From the IMG/VR virus record IMGVR_UViG_3300044630_003363, positions 1 through 55,893 of that record: a stretch of DNA of 55,893 bases; one strand, written 5' to 3'. The translations under genes and the position numbers were made by a program. Below the pieces are notes generated by a model that was not told the DNA's origin, did not search any database, and was given only the letters and a program-made list of their open reading frames with translations. How positions within the stretch are numbered: the stretch's first letter is position 1; each line of letters opens with the position of its first letter. Of this stretch, positions 7,809-17,454 are shown piece by piece. Source of the DNA: a virus (taxonomy: Duplodnaviria > Caudoviricetes).

Positions 7809-10706
7809 ATGAAAGAAATTATTTCGCAAGAAGTTATTGAAAACTTCTTAAATGGTTGGGACCCTGAAGAATACATAGTAGGGGTTGAGTATGATTACCG
7901 AACCAACAAAATCTACAAAGTTATCCAAGACCCGGAAAGGGGTAAAATCGTTAAACCTGACACCTTCACACCATTTTTATGGGTTGGTGACCTAACTGAA
8001 TTTAATTTTTACCAAAGTAACAAAACACTCCAAAAGAAAAAAATGGGTGAATATGGTATCATAATTGAAAAATTAAGAACGGAAGGGAATACTCGATTAG
8101 AAAATGGACAAACTTTTTTGGTTAAAAGTTTAAAAGGGTATACTGAATTAATCAATTTTTTTAAAGAGGGTGGAATTGACCCATGGGGTGATAAATTTAA
8201 ATCGTCTTTTACGATATTAAACCCTGTTGAACAGTATCTTATACAGAAAAAGAAAAGACTTTTTAAAGGTATTGAAGATTATTCCGGCGTTAATAGATTT
8301 GTATTCGATATCGAGACCACGGGTTTAGACCCATTAACCTGTAATATTATATTGATAGGTGTTAAGGATAACCGTGGTTTGGAAAAAACAATACCAGCAT
8401 TTGGTGAAGATGGTGAAAAGAAGTGTATTGAGGAATTTTTCAAAATAATTAAAGAAAAGAAACCTACAATTATTGGTGGTTATAACTCCGCATTTTTTGA
8501 TTGGCCATTTATTTTAAAACGAGCCGAGATATTGGGTGTTAATACTAAGGAATTAACTCAAATATTTACAAAACAAGGAATTAGAGAGAAAAAAGGTATG
8601 TTGAAACTTGCAAACGAGCAGGAAGATTACATTCAACATAACATATGGGGATTCAATATTATTGATATTGCACATTCTGTTCGTAGAGCTCAAGCAATTA
8701 ATTCCGAAATTAAATCTTGGGGTTTGAAATATATTACCAAGTACTTAGAAAAAGAAAAACCTAATCGTGTTTATGTGGATGGTGCTCGGATTTCAAAAAT
8801 ATATTTGGATAATGAATTATATTATGTAAATCCAAAAACAGGTAACTACAAGAAAATTGGTGAGCCGGGAACAGGTGATTTGTTGGAGAAATATCCGGGT
8901 AAATTTGAAATATGGTCAGGAAGTAAAATTGTTGAACAATATCTTGATGATGACTTGTATGAAACCATGGTAGTTGATGACTCTTTTAGTCAATCGACAT
9001 TTTTGATTTCAAAACTTGTACCAACAACATATGAGAGAATCGCAACAATGGGTACAGCTACTTTGTGGAAAATCATTATGTTGGCTTGGTCATATGAAAA
9101 CAATTTAGCCGTTCCTGCAAAAGATACTAAACGACCATTCACAGGTGGTTTATCTCGTTTATTAACTGTGGGTTACGCTAAGAACATTGTTAAGTTTGAC
9201 TATTCGTCACTTTATCCATCAATACAATTAGTGTATGATATTTTCCCTGATTGTGATATTATGGGTGTACAGAAATCGATGTTGAAGTATTTCCGTAATA
9301 TTCGTATAAAATATAAACATTTGGCTGGTGAACTAAAAGATAGTGACCCAGTTCAAGCGGAAATGTACGACCGTAAACAATTACCAATTAAAATCTTTAT
9401 TAACGCTTACTTTGGTTCATTATCTGCACCACATGTATTCCCATGGGGTGAAATGGATTCGGGTGAAACAATCACATGTATTGGTCGTCAATGTCTTCGT
9501 ATGATGATTATGTTCTTTGAAAATAAAGGATATAAACCACTTGTAATGGATACGGACGGTGTAAACTTTGAGACACCTGAAAATATTAATGATACAGTTT
9601 ATGTTGGTAAAGGGTATAACGAGTTGGTTATTGAAGGTAAAGAATATAAAGGAATTGAAGCCGATACCGCAGAATTCAATGACATCTTCATGAGAAATGA
9701 AATGGGTCTTGATATCGACTACACCGCACCGGCTTGTATTAATGTATCAAGAAAAAACTACATCATTAAATTGATGAAGAAAGGAAAAGAAAAAATCAAA
9801 TTAACGGGTAATACCATTAAGTCTAAAAAACTACAACAATATATTGTTGAATTCTTGGACGAAGGATTTAAATACCTATTAAATGGTGACGGTATATCGT
9901 TTGTTGAATTGTATTTCCAATATGTGGAGAAGATTTATAATAAACAAATTCCATTATCAAAAATAGCAAACAAATCCCGTGTTAAACAATCTGTTGAGGA
10001 TTATAAGAAACACATACAGAAAGTAACAAAGGCGGGTTCATTAATGTCAAGACAAGCTCATATGGAGTTGATTTTACAGAATAACTATAATGCTGGTCTT
10101 GGTGAAACAATCTATTATATTAATAATGGTACCAAAAAATCTTCGGGAGATGTTCAGAAAATAAGTAAACCAACGAAAAAACAATTAGAGGAATATTTTA
10201 TTAAAAATGGTAAATCAATGCCAAATGATTATTTAGAAATTAGTTGTTATATGATTTCTGAAAAAGAATTAAATGAAAACCCCAATATGACAGGAGACTA
10301 TAATGTACCAAGGTATTTGGGTAATTTTAATAAACGCATTGAACCTTTATTAGTTGTGTTTAGTCCTGAAATTCGTAATGATATTTTAGTTGAGAGACCA
10401 GAAGATAGACAATACTTTACAAGTAAACAATGTGAATTGGTTAATGGTTTTCCATTAAGTGAAGATGGTCAGGATAAATACGATGAGGTAATGACACTAT
10501 CGGATAGTGAAGTTATTTTTTGGAATAAAATTAAACGCGACCCATTCTTTATGTATGTAGACAATAGTATTGAATTAGTTGATAAATATTGGGTTGATTA
10601 CAACCGTAAAGTTTTATCGTCTGAAGAAAAAAGTACCGTTAGTAATGAAGATGAGATAATTAAAACAGATAATGTTGATTATGCTTATCATGTGGTGGAA
10701 AGTTAA
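7809..10706 (+). CDS. polB: Family B DNA polymerase with 3'-5' exonuclease
   Basis: ExoI FDIETTG, ExoII GYNSAFFDWPFI, motif A DYSSLYPS, motif B KIFINAYFG, motif C MDTDG. Confidence 0.97.
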   Translation: MKEIISQEVIENFLNGWDPEEYIVGVEYDYRTNKIYKVIQDPERGKIVKPDTFTPFLWVGDLTEFNFYQSNKTLQKKKMGEYGIIIEKLRTEGNTRLENGQTFLVKSLKGYTELINFFKEGGIDPWGDKFKSSFTILNPVEQYLIQKKKRLFKGIEDYSGVNRFVFDIETTGLDPLTCNIILIGVKDNRGLEKTIPAFGEDGEKKCIEEFFKIIKEKKPTIIGGYNSAFFDWPFILKRAEILGVNTKELTQIFTKQGIREKKGMLKLANEQEDYIQHNIWGFNIIDIAHSVRRAQAINSEIKSWGLKYITKYLEKEKPNRVYVDGARISKIYLDNELYYVNPKTGNYKKIGEPGTGDLLEKYPGKFEIWSGSKIVEQYLDDDLYETMVVDDSFSQSTFLISKLVPTTYERIATMGTATLWKIIMLAWSYENNLAVPAKDTKRPFTGGLSRLLTVGYAKNIVKFDYSSLYPSIQLVYDIFPDCDIMGVQKSMLKYFRNIRIKYKHLAGELKDSDPVQAEMYDRKQLPIKIFINAYFGSLSAPHVFPWGEMDSGETITCIGRQCLRMMIMFFENKGYKPLVMDTDGVNFETPENINDTVYVGKGYNELVIEGKEYKGIEADTAEFNDIFMRNEMGLDIDYTAPACINVSRKNYIIKLMKKGKEKIKLTGNTIKSKKLQQYIVEFLDEGFKYLLNGDGISFVELYFQYVEKIYNKQIPLSKIANKSRVKQSVEDYKKHIQKVTKAGSLMSRQAHMELILQNNYNAGLGETIYYINNGTKKSSGDVQKISKPTKKQLEEYFIKNGKSMPNDYLEISCYMISEKELNENPNMTGDYNVPRYLGNFNKRIEPLLVVFSPEIRNDILVERPEDRQYFTSKQCELVNGFPLSEDGQDKYDEVMTLSDSEVIFWNKIKRDPFFMYVDNSIELVDKYWVDYNRKVLSSEEKSTVSNEDEIIKTDNVDYAYHVVES

Positions 10707-11329
10707 GCAACAAATGTTTTATTTTTTAATGGTGAGATATCAATTGTCTCACCATTAATTTTTATTGAATTAATATTAAGTTTTGTATTTTTTAATAAAG
10801 TAATTTCATTTTCTCCCGATAAAAAAATGTTTTGGTATACGGTACTTTCCCAATTAATATATCTTTCATTAATTTCACATTCTATTTCCGCCTCATCCGA
10901 TTTTATAACTCCACTATAATTTATTGCACCATCACTATCCCAAGACCAATATATACCTAATCTTCTTCCTTGTGTTTTAAGATGTTCCATCCAATTTTTA
11001 TCTACCGACATACCTCTATAGATTTTAATTGTACCTGAAGTTGGGTTAATTATATTTTTAATTACATTTTTAAAGTTGTTAATCCCTTCAGTTACCCGTT
11101 TTATCACAAATTCTTTATATTTTGGGTGTGAAATTATTTCATCTTCATCTAAATTTAAATTATATTCATCTTTAAAATCCATTATTAATTCGTGATAATC
11201 ACTAGTTATTTCACCCTTACTGAATGGGATTAAAAATTTATCACTAACGAAGTATTCAAAATTAAAATCTTTTATACTCCCTTCTCTTAATAGTGTATAT
11301 GTTTCGTTAAAAATGGGAACTAATTTCAT
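10703..11329 (-). CDS. Putative ADP-ribosyltransferase-fold protein (R-S-E type)
   Basis: IYRGM ... IYWSWD..GA ... ENEITL in the canonical order. Confidence 0.55.
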   Translation of the reverse strand: MKLVPIFNETYTLLREGSIKDFNFEYFVSDKFLIPFSKGEITSDYHELIMDFKDEYNLNLDEDEIISHPKYKEFVIKRVTEGINNFKNVIKNIINPTSGTIKIYRGMSVDKNWMEHLKTQGRRLGIYWSWDSDGAINYSGVIKSDEAEIECEINERYINWESTVYQNIFLSGENEITLLKNTKLNINSIKINGETIDISPLKNKTFVA

Positions 11330-11330
11330 A

Positions 11331-12449
11331 TTAGATTACATTGTACGGTGACTGCATCGGTCTGTATTTTAATGCCTTATTGAGATTCTCCGCTTCCATA
11401 CCTTTTCTTTCAAGAACTTTATCGGGGCGGAGTCTTTCTAATCTTAACATTAACTCTTCAACCAATTTTATTTTTTCATCTTTACCTTCCGTAAGTAATG
11501 AAGAATAATCCAATTTAACTTGACTGTCAGGAACTTGTAAATCACCTGAGAATTTACCCCAAATTCTTCCTAAACCTTCTTTAGAGTAAGCAATAAGATA
11601 TTTTCTAACCCAGTTTTGTGCTGGTTTATTTAAGTCATCCCAAACTAATTCTTCGGTTTGAACATCTGAAGGTAATTTAATTATATCTTTATTTTTATCT
11701 AAACATGTGTCTCTATCCATGGTATCATAATACCAATACCAAACCTGACTTCTATTATTTCGTATTGAACCAAAATCATATTTACCACCCGGTACATTAT
11801 ATAAGTGAATTACTTTAGTACTGTTAGGTCCTGCAGTAATTCTATATGTTAAATCTCCACCAATTATTCTATTCTTTATATTTCTATCACCCATTCTTAA
11901 TAAAAGGTCAAAAGCCGGCATCATAAAATATGAACCCGATGTACCTTGTTGTGCAAACCCACCAACACCACCAAATCCAGTACCGCCCAATCCACCAAAA
12001 CCACCCAAAAATGGGTCAACAATTGAATCGGTTAACTCGGCTCTTGAGAACCATAAAAGTTCATTTATTTCTCTTCCTGCTGGTATAATATAAGTTTGTG
12101 TATTAGCCGATAATTCAAAATAATCCTTTTTTAGTTCACTATTACCACCCGTTTGTAAACCAACTATTTTTGAATATGCGTGTGAGTATTGTGTTTCATA
12201 ATCCAAACTTCTAGTGGTAAACGCTCTTGTTAATGATTGTGTATCAACATCAATACCGATTAATGCTGACCATTGTGATTCAATTAACCAATCACTTACA
12301 TATTGTTCATACTCCGATAAAGACAATTCCAAAAATGTATCCATCTGTTCTTCAGTTAATTCAATACCTCTAACGGGTAATCCTAATAAATGAAAAACCT
12401 GAGTATATAATTTTTGTTTTTGTGGGTTTGTTATAATAGTCGCGGACAT
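11331..12449 (-). CDS. Neck/head-completion protein (T4 gp13-like)
   Basis: LGLPVRGIELTEEQMD N-terminus; WVRKYLIAYSKEGLGRIWGKFSG...LLTEGKDE C-terminus. Confidence 0.8.
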   Translation of the reverse strand: MSATIITNPQKQKLYTQVFHLLGLPVRGIELTEEQMDTFLELSLSEYEQYVSDWLIESQWSALIGIDVDTQSLTRAFTTRSLDYETQYSHAYSKIVGLQTGGNSELKKDYFELSANTQTYIIPAGREINELLWFSRAELTDSIVDPFLGGFGGLGGTGFGGVGGFAQQGTSGSYFMMPAFDLLLRMGDRNIKNRIIGGDLTYRITAGPNSTKVIHLYNVPGGKYDFGSIRNNRSQVWYWYYDTMDRDTCLDKNKDIIKLPSDVQTEELVWDDLNKPAQNWVRKYLIAYSKEGLGRIWGKFSGDLQVPDSQVKLDYSSLLTEGKDEKIKLVEELMLRLERLRPDKVLERKGMEAENLNKALKYRPMQSPYNVI

Positions 12450-12487
12450 ATTTGTTTTTATTAATAAATATCTGTATATTTTAGTTT

Positions 12488-13405
12488 ATGATGGATAATA
12501 AAATTGACATAAGAGAAAGACTAAAAAATATCACCATAGACCCATTGTGTAAAACATCGGTTACAAGGGAGATTATGATGCAAATCCAAAGAAATAATAC
12601 TTTAAAATTAAGAATTTCAAGGGAAATTAATAGGATGTTAGAGGAATTGTATACTCCATTAGGTTTGTGGGGTCAAAACCCACAATCACCAGATGAGGAT
12701 TTTGGTGTATTAGATAAAGATGGTAATTGGGGAATTCAAAATGTATTTGATACAAACTATTCTTGTCAAGAGGTTTTATTTAATAGATGTAATCTATCAA
12801 TTTTAAACTTATATAGAAAAAAAGGTATTGAAGATATTGAAATATTAGGTGAAACTTTTTCATATAGAAACCCAATAATTATTAATGATGAAACATTAAA
12901 AGATGAAAAAGAAACATTACATAGAATAAATAAATTACTAATATTAATTGATAATTCTAAAAGTAAAATATTTTTACCAGGTAGTAATATGTTTGATATT
13001 TTAATTAATATGTGTTCAAATACAATGTCAAGAGGGGATGAAACCCAAAAATTCTATGTTGATAACATATATGATTTCTTTGACGATATTATCGAGGTTA
13101 AAGCATTAGGTGGTCTTGGTAATTATGATGATAGAAAAAAAGGTATTGATGTTTGGACAAAACATGGTGATGAAAGAATATTAAAACACCAAATAAAAGG
13201 TACATGTGACTTAACATCAGTTAATGGTGGTTATTTAGTTAATTCAGCATTAAGTCAAACATCTAAATGTGATTTGTATGTTTTTGTTTGTGAAGACTAC
13301 AGAATACTTATATTAAAAAACAATAAAGACGAGATGGAATGGACTAAAGATGGTGTATTCTTTCCTTCAAACTTAAAATTTAATGAAAAATTCTATACCA
13401 AATAA
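12488..13405 (+). CDS. Hypothetical protein with possible C-terminal PD-(D/E)XK nuclease domain
   Basis: DDRKKGIDVW...HQIK motif; Bacteroidota-like promoter upstream (TTTG 12451, TATATTTT 12475). Confidence 0.45.
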   Translation: MMDNKIDIRERLKNITIDPLCKTSVTREIMMQIQRNNTLKLRISREINRMLEELYTPLGLWGQNPQSPDEDFGVLDKDGNWGIQNVFDTNYSCQEVLFNRCNLSILNLYRKKGIEDIEILGETFSYRNPIIINDETLKDEKETLHRINKLLILIDNSKSKIFLPGSNMFDILINMCSNTMSRGDETQKFYVDNIYDFFDDIIEVKALGGLGNYDDRKKGIDVWTKHGDERILKHQIKGTCDLTSVNGGYLVNSALSQTSKCDLYVFVCEDYRILILKNNKDEMEWTKDGVFFPSNLKFNEKFYTK

Positions 13406-13601
13406 ATTAAATGAAATTTTAATATTGTGTTCAAAACATAATATGGAATTTACCTTTCAAAAAGAAGGTCAGGAAAATTTTATCGAGTACTCAATTGAAC
13501 CTGAAAAAAAAATAACGGTTAATATTTCTAACGAAGACGATAAAAATTTAAAAAAATTAATTGACCAAAAACTTAAAGAGTTAAGACAACTCTTTAAGTA
13601 G
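13383..13601 (+). CDS. Small hypothetical protein
   Basis: ORF overlapping the upstream gene; start uncertain. Confidence 0.6.
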   Translation: MKNSIPNKLNEILILCSKHNMEFTFQKEGQENFIEYSIEPEKKITVNISNEDDKNLKKLIDQKLKELRQLFK

Positions 13602-15335
13602 TGATTGTGCAAATCCTTCAGAAAATTCTCCATCTCCCATTACTTGGTCAATAATATTCTTTTTCTTATTTAAAATATTATATACAATTCTTTCTATTGT
13701 GTTTTCAAATATCGGGTAATAAACCGATACATTTTTCTTTTGACCGTATCTGAACGCTCTGTCTTCAGCCTGACTATGGTGTGCGGGTACAAATGATAAA
13801 TCATTCATAATAACAACCTCAGCTGCGGTTAATGTGATACCAACACCACCAGCAACAATATTTGATATAAAAATCTTTATCTTATCATCATTTTGAAATC
13901 TGTCAACCGAATCCTGTCTGCGTTCTTTAGACATACGACCATCTAATATTACCGAATTTTTTTTATATTTTTCATGTAACATATCTACCGTCATTGTAAA
14001 ATTTGTAAACACAATAATTTTTTTACCTTGTTCCAAACAATTATCGATTATTTCCGAAGTGTGTTCTACTTTTTCATAAGAAATTACTTGTCTAACTTTC
14101 ATTAAACGATTGATAGTGACACTAACAGATTCTTTATCTTTATTTTCACTTGTTATTCTCATGAAGTCTTCTAACTCCTCATCGTAAAATGTACTTTTTA
14201 AATCTAAAAATATAGGAGTTATGATTTTATCTGGTAAATCTAAGATGTCCGTTTTCATTCTCCTTAGAACCACATTTTTTGTTCTCTCTCTTAGTTCATC
14301 CAAATTTGTTGCACCACCCGTATTCCAAATTCTTCTATTATTAACTTTAAATTGGTAACCACCACAATATCTTTTAACATATGATTGCCAATTTAATGCG
14401 ATTGGTGACTCAACAATATTAAGAAGATTATAGAAATTAATTGGTCTTGATGTCATTGGTGTTCCTGTTAATAACCAAACTTTTGGAATTTTACCAACAA
14501 TATCATTAATTAATTTAGTTCTTTGTGCGGTTGCGTTTGAGATATAATGAGCTTCATCAATTATAACCAAATCAAATTTTTCTTTTAATATTGGTTGTTT
14601 AATTTCTTCACCTAACCCAACGGATTCCATTGAGTGGTAATTTTTAATTATATCATAGTTAATAATATAATAATCAAATGTTGACCCCCATTTTTTACCC
14701 TCAACAATTAAAACTTTTCTATCTGAGTAATTTTCAATTTCTCTTTGCCAGTTAATTTTTAGTGAAGCGGGACAAATAATTAAAATTTTCTTTGCTTTAG
14801 TTTCTAATGATGCGATAATTGCGGAAGTTGTTTTACCTAAACCCATATCATCAGCAAGTATAAACCTATCATTTGCTAATAATTTTTCAATTGCAACTTT
14901 TTGATGTTCCATTGGTGGTCTATCTGAATAAACCGAATAATCAATTTCTCTATTTAATTTTTTCTCCTCCTGTATTATCGATGATTTAGGAATCCACATC
15001 GCATAATTTTTTTCATTTTCTGAAATACGACCCCAAATATGGTAAGCTTTATCACTTTCACATAATAATTTTTCACACCATATTTTTTCAGGTACTTTTG
15101 GGAGATGTTTATCTTCCATTATTTTTTCACCAAAATTTGATGCAATTATAATATTTTTTTTAGCAACACGAGGTACTACCTCATGGTATTTTATAACATA
15201 TTCAGCTTGGGGACGAGTTAGTTGGAAATTTTTTACCTCTAAAAACTTTCTTTTGAATTCTAATAGTTGGTTATTAAACCCTTCATAATTCGTCAGTATA
15301 TCCCTTGCTTCTATTTCGGGTATCTTACTTTCCAT
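13581..15335 (-). CDS. SNF2-family helicase/translocase (HARP/SMARCAL1-like)
   Basis: LADDMGLGKT, DEAH, LLTGTP, QAEDRAFRYGQ. Confidence 0.95.
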   Translation of the reverse strand: MESKIPEIEARDILTNYEGFNNQLLEFKRKFLEVKNFQLTRPQAEYVIKYHEVVPRVAKKNIIIASNFGEKIMEDKHLPKVPEKIWCEKLLCESDKAYHIWGRISENEKNYAMWIPKSSIIQEEKKLNREIDYSVYSDRPPMEHQKVAIEKLLANDRFILADDMGLGKTTSAIIASLETKAKKILIICPASLKINWQREIENYSDRKVLIVEGKKWGSTFDYYIINYDIIKNYHSMESVGLGEEIKQPILKEKFDLVIIDEAHYISNATAQRTKLINDIVGKIPKVWLLTGTPMTSRPINFYNLLNIVESPIALNWQSYVKRYCGGYQFKVNNRRIWNTGGATNLDELRERTKNVVLRRMKTDILDLPDKIITPIFLDLKSTFYDEELEDFMRITSENKDKESVSVTINRLMKVRQVISYEKVEHTSEIIDNCLEQGKKIIVFTNFTMTVDMLHEKYKKNSVILDGRMSKERRQDSVDRFQNDDKIKIFISNIVAGGVGITLTAAEVVIMNDLSFVPAHHSQAEDRAFRYGQKKNVSVYYPIFENTIERIVYNILNKKKNIIDQVMGDGEFSEGFAQSLLKELS

Positions 15336-15385
15336 ATAATCCTAAATATAACGAATTAGAATCAATAATGGTACTATTTATTGAT

Positions 15386-15898
15386 ATGAGTAATAAATTG
15401 CCAATAACAAGAATAAGTAAATTTTTTTCCCAAGATGACTTTGATTTAAATGTTAGAATGGGTGAGGAGTACTTGCATGGTGATTTAGGTATGAAATTGG
15501 TGTTATTTAGAGTTGATAGACAAAAAACCGATACCGATGAAGTCTATGGTGAAGTTGGTAAAGATGATATTAAATTTTTACCTCCTGTTGAATTTTTCGG
15601 TTTAGTTAAGGTTGAAGAATCTAAAAACAATAGTTATACTAAAGGTTTAAATAGATATTTGGAACCTGGTAATATGACAATATCCGTTTACCTAAACCAT
15701 TTAGAAGAATTAAAAGTGGATATTAGATATGGTGATTATATTGGATATCAAGAATCCGAAGAAAAAATAAGATATTATACGGTATCAAACGATGGTAAAT
15801 TAACCGCAGACAATAAACATAATATGTTTGGTTATAAACCATTTTATAGAACGATACTTTGTGTTCCAGCACAAGAAACAGAATTTAGAGGGATTTAA
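15386..15898 (+). CDS. Neck/head-closure protein (gp14-like); start revised to MSNKLP
   Basis: DEVYGE...F.PPVE pattern; sits before the tail terminator; TATTTATT motif 3 nt before ATG 15386. Confidence 0.6.
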   Translation: MSNKLPITRISKFFSQDDFDLNVRMGEEYLHGDLGMKLVLFRVDRQKTDTDEVYGEVGKDDIKFLPPVEFFGLVKVEESKNNSYTKGLNRYLEPGNMTISVYLNHLEELKVDIRYGDYIGYQESEEKIRYYTVSNDGKLTADNKHNMFGYKPFYRTILCVPAQETEFRGI

Positions 15899-15900
15899 TT

Positions 15901-17139
15901 ATGGGAATACCTAAAAGAAAAAACAATATACAAGTTTACGGTCAACATGAAAATGAGGAAGGCTCAATTATTGGTAGAAGAAAAGAGTTATTAGAAAGAA
16001 TAACTAAATCTGACACTTATTTACCTGATTCGGTTCTACATGACGACCTTGACTTGGGTATGCTTAATTTTATTAAAGAACACTTCAAAGTTATTTCTGA
16101 TGGTAATCAAATTCCGATTATTCCAAAAATATTAACAATACAAAGATGGGGGGAATTTACCAATAATTGGACATTTTCAGATGATGACGGTAATATTAAA
16201 TTACCATTTATTGCAATTGTAAGAAAACCAGATGTTCAATTTGGTACAAATCCAGCAATACAAAGAACAATACCTGATAGAAGAGATTTTTTCTACGCTA
16301 GTGTTCCGACATGGGATGGTAATCAACTTGGTGCTGACATTTACAAAATCCCACAACCAATTGCGGTTGATATTACTTTTGATGTAACAATTGTTTGTAC
16401 AAAATTTAGAGACATAAATAAATTCAACAAGGTTGTTTTACAAAAGTTTTCATCTCGTCAATCATATACCTCCGTAAAAGGTCACTATATACCCATAGTG
16501 TTGGATAGAATCGAAGATAACACCCCAATGGATACTTTGGATGGTAGAAGGTTTTACATCCAAAATTACACCTTTACAATGTTAGGTTTCCTAATTGATG
16601 AAGAGGAGTTTGAAGTTAAACCCGCAATCAACAGGGTGTTGACTATGTTAGAAACTGATTTAAGTTCAAGTAGAACACCAAGACCTGAGATTAATCTATC
16701 GATAACAAGTTCATATTCAAGTGGTTCAATTGTTTCACAATATTCGGTGATTGCGTCTCGTAAAGTTGATAAAACGGTTGAGATTACATTTGATGATATA
16801 TTGGGTGTTACAACAGGAACTACAGTCACAATACCGGTTAAATTATTTATTGAACCTAAACAAATTTCAGGAACAACTGAATATACGGTTGCGGGTTCTT
16901 TTGGGAATTTAAACCAAACAAGTACTTTTAGTGGGTTAACTGTTGATACAATTGGGAGAAGTAATTTTAATTTTGTGACAACAAAAGGTTCGTCAACATT
17001 TACTCCAGCATTATCACCAACACCAACACCAACCATAACACCAACTATAACCATCACACCTACTATTACCCCAACAAGAACCATTACACCAACACCAACT
17101 AAAACTCCAACGATTACCCCAACTCCAAGTAGTTCTTAA
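15901..17139 (+). CDS. Tail terminator/sheath stabiliser (gp15-like) with extra beta domain and Pro/Thr tail
   Basis: KLPFIAIVR, PQPIAVDITFDVTI, YTFTMLGFL; position before the sheath. Confidence 0.65.
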   Translation: MGIPKRKNNIQVYGQHENEEGSIIGRRKELLERITKSDTYLPDSVLHDDLDLGMLNFIKEHFKVISDGNQIPIIPKILTIQRWGEFTNNWTFSDDDGNIKLPFIAIVRKPDVQFGTNPAIQRTIPDRRDFFYASVPTWDGNQLGADIYKIPQPIAVDITFDVTIVCTKFRDINKFNKVVLQKFSSRQSYTSVKGHYIPIVLDRIEDNTPMDTLDGRRFYIQNYTFTMLGFLIDEEEFEVKPAINRVLTMLETDLSSSRTPRPEINLSITSSYSSGSIVSQYSVIASRKVDKTVEITFDDILGVTTGTTVTIPVKLFIEPKQISGTTEYTVAGSFGNLNQTSTFSGLTVDTIGRSNFNFVTTKGSSTFTPALSPTPTPTITPTITITPTITPTRTITPTPTKTPTITPTPSSS

Positions 17140-17142
17140 AAA

Positions 17143-17319
17143 TTAATCTCCGTAGATATCTTTTTTCTTTGGTATTTCTATGGATTTATCTTCTTTACAA
17201 GTTTCATCAATCCACTTCTGAACAATTTTATAAATTTTTAATCCTTTTTTATCGCAATATTCTTTTAACATCTTGTGATGTTTCTCACTAACCTTAATGT
17301 TTTTGGTGGTATTCTCCAT
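17143..17319 (-). CDS. 58-aa ribbon-helix-helix-like DNA-binding protein (not in the ORF track)
   Basis: MENTTKNIKVSEKHHKMLKEYCDKKGLKIYKIVQKWIDETCKEDKSIEIPKKKDIYGD; TATTTATC motif 6 nt upstream. Confidence 0.7.
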   Translation of the reverse strand: MENTTKNIKVSEKHHKMLKEYCDKKGLKIYKIVQKWIDETCKEDKSIEIPKKKDIYGD

Positions 17320-17390
17320 GATAAAGATAAATATTGATACTAAAAGATAAATTAGTGTCTATAAGTATATTTTTTAATAAAATCAAGGAA

Positions 17391-17418
17391 ATCTTTGCTA
17401 AAAACAAAGATATTTATA
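17391..17418 (+). promoter_or_regulatory. Inverted repeat ATCTTTG-N7-CAAAGAT abutting the sheath late promoter TATTTATA (17411-17418)
   Basis: Read directly from the sequence. Confidence 0.5.
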
Positions 17419-17454
17419 GAAAAGTAATAAAATTAATTAACCAAACAAGAAAAA

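Noticed and set aside
15305-15385. ORF-track N-terminal extension of the gp14-like gene (similarly 44940-44957 for gp25)
   Set aside because: Each extension spans the late promoter motif (the gp14-like one also overlaps the divergent SNF2 start); downstream ATGs fit better
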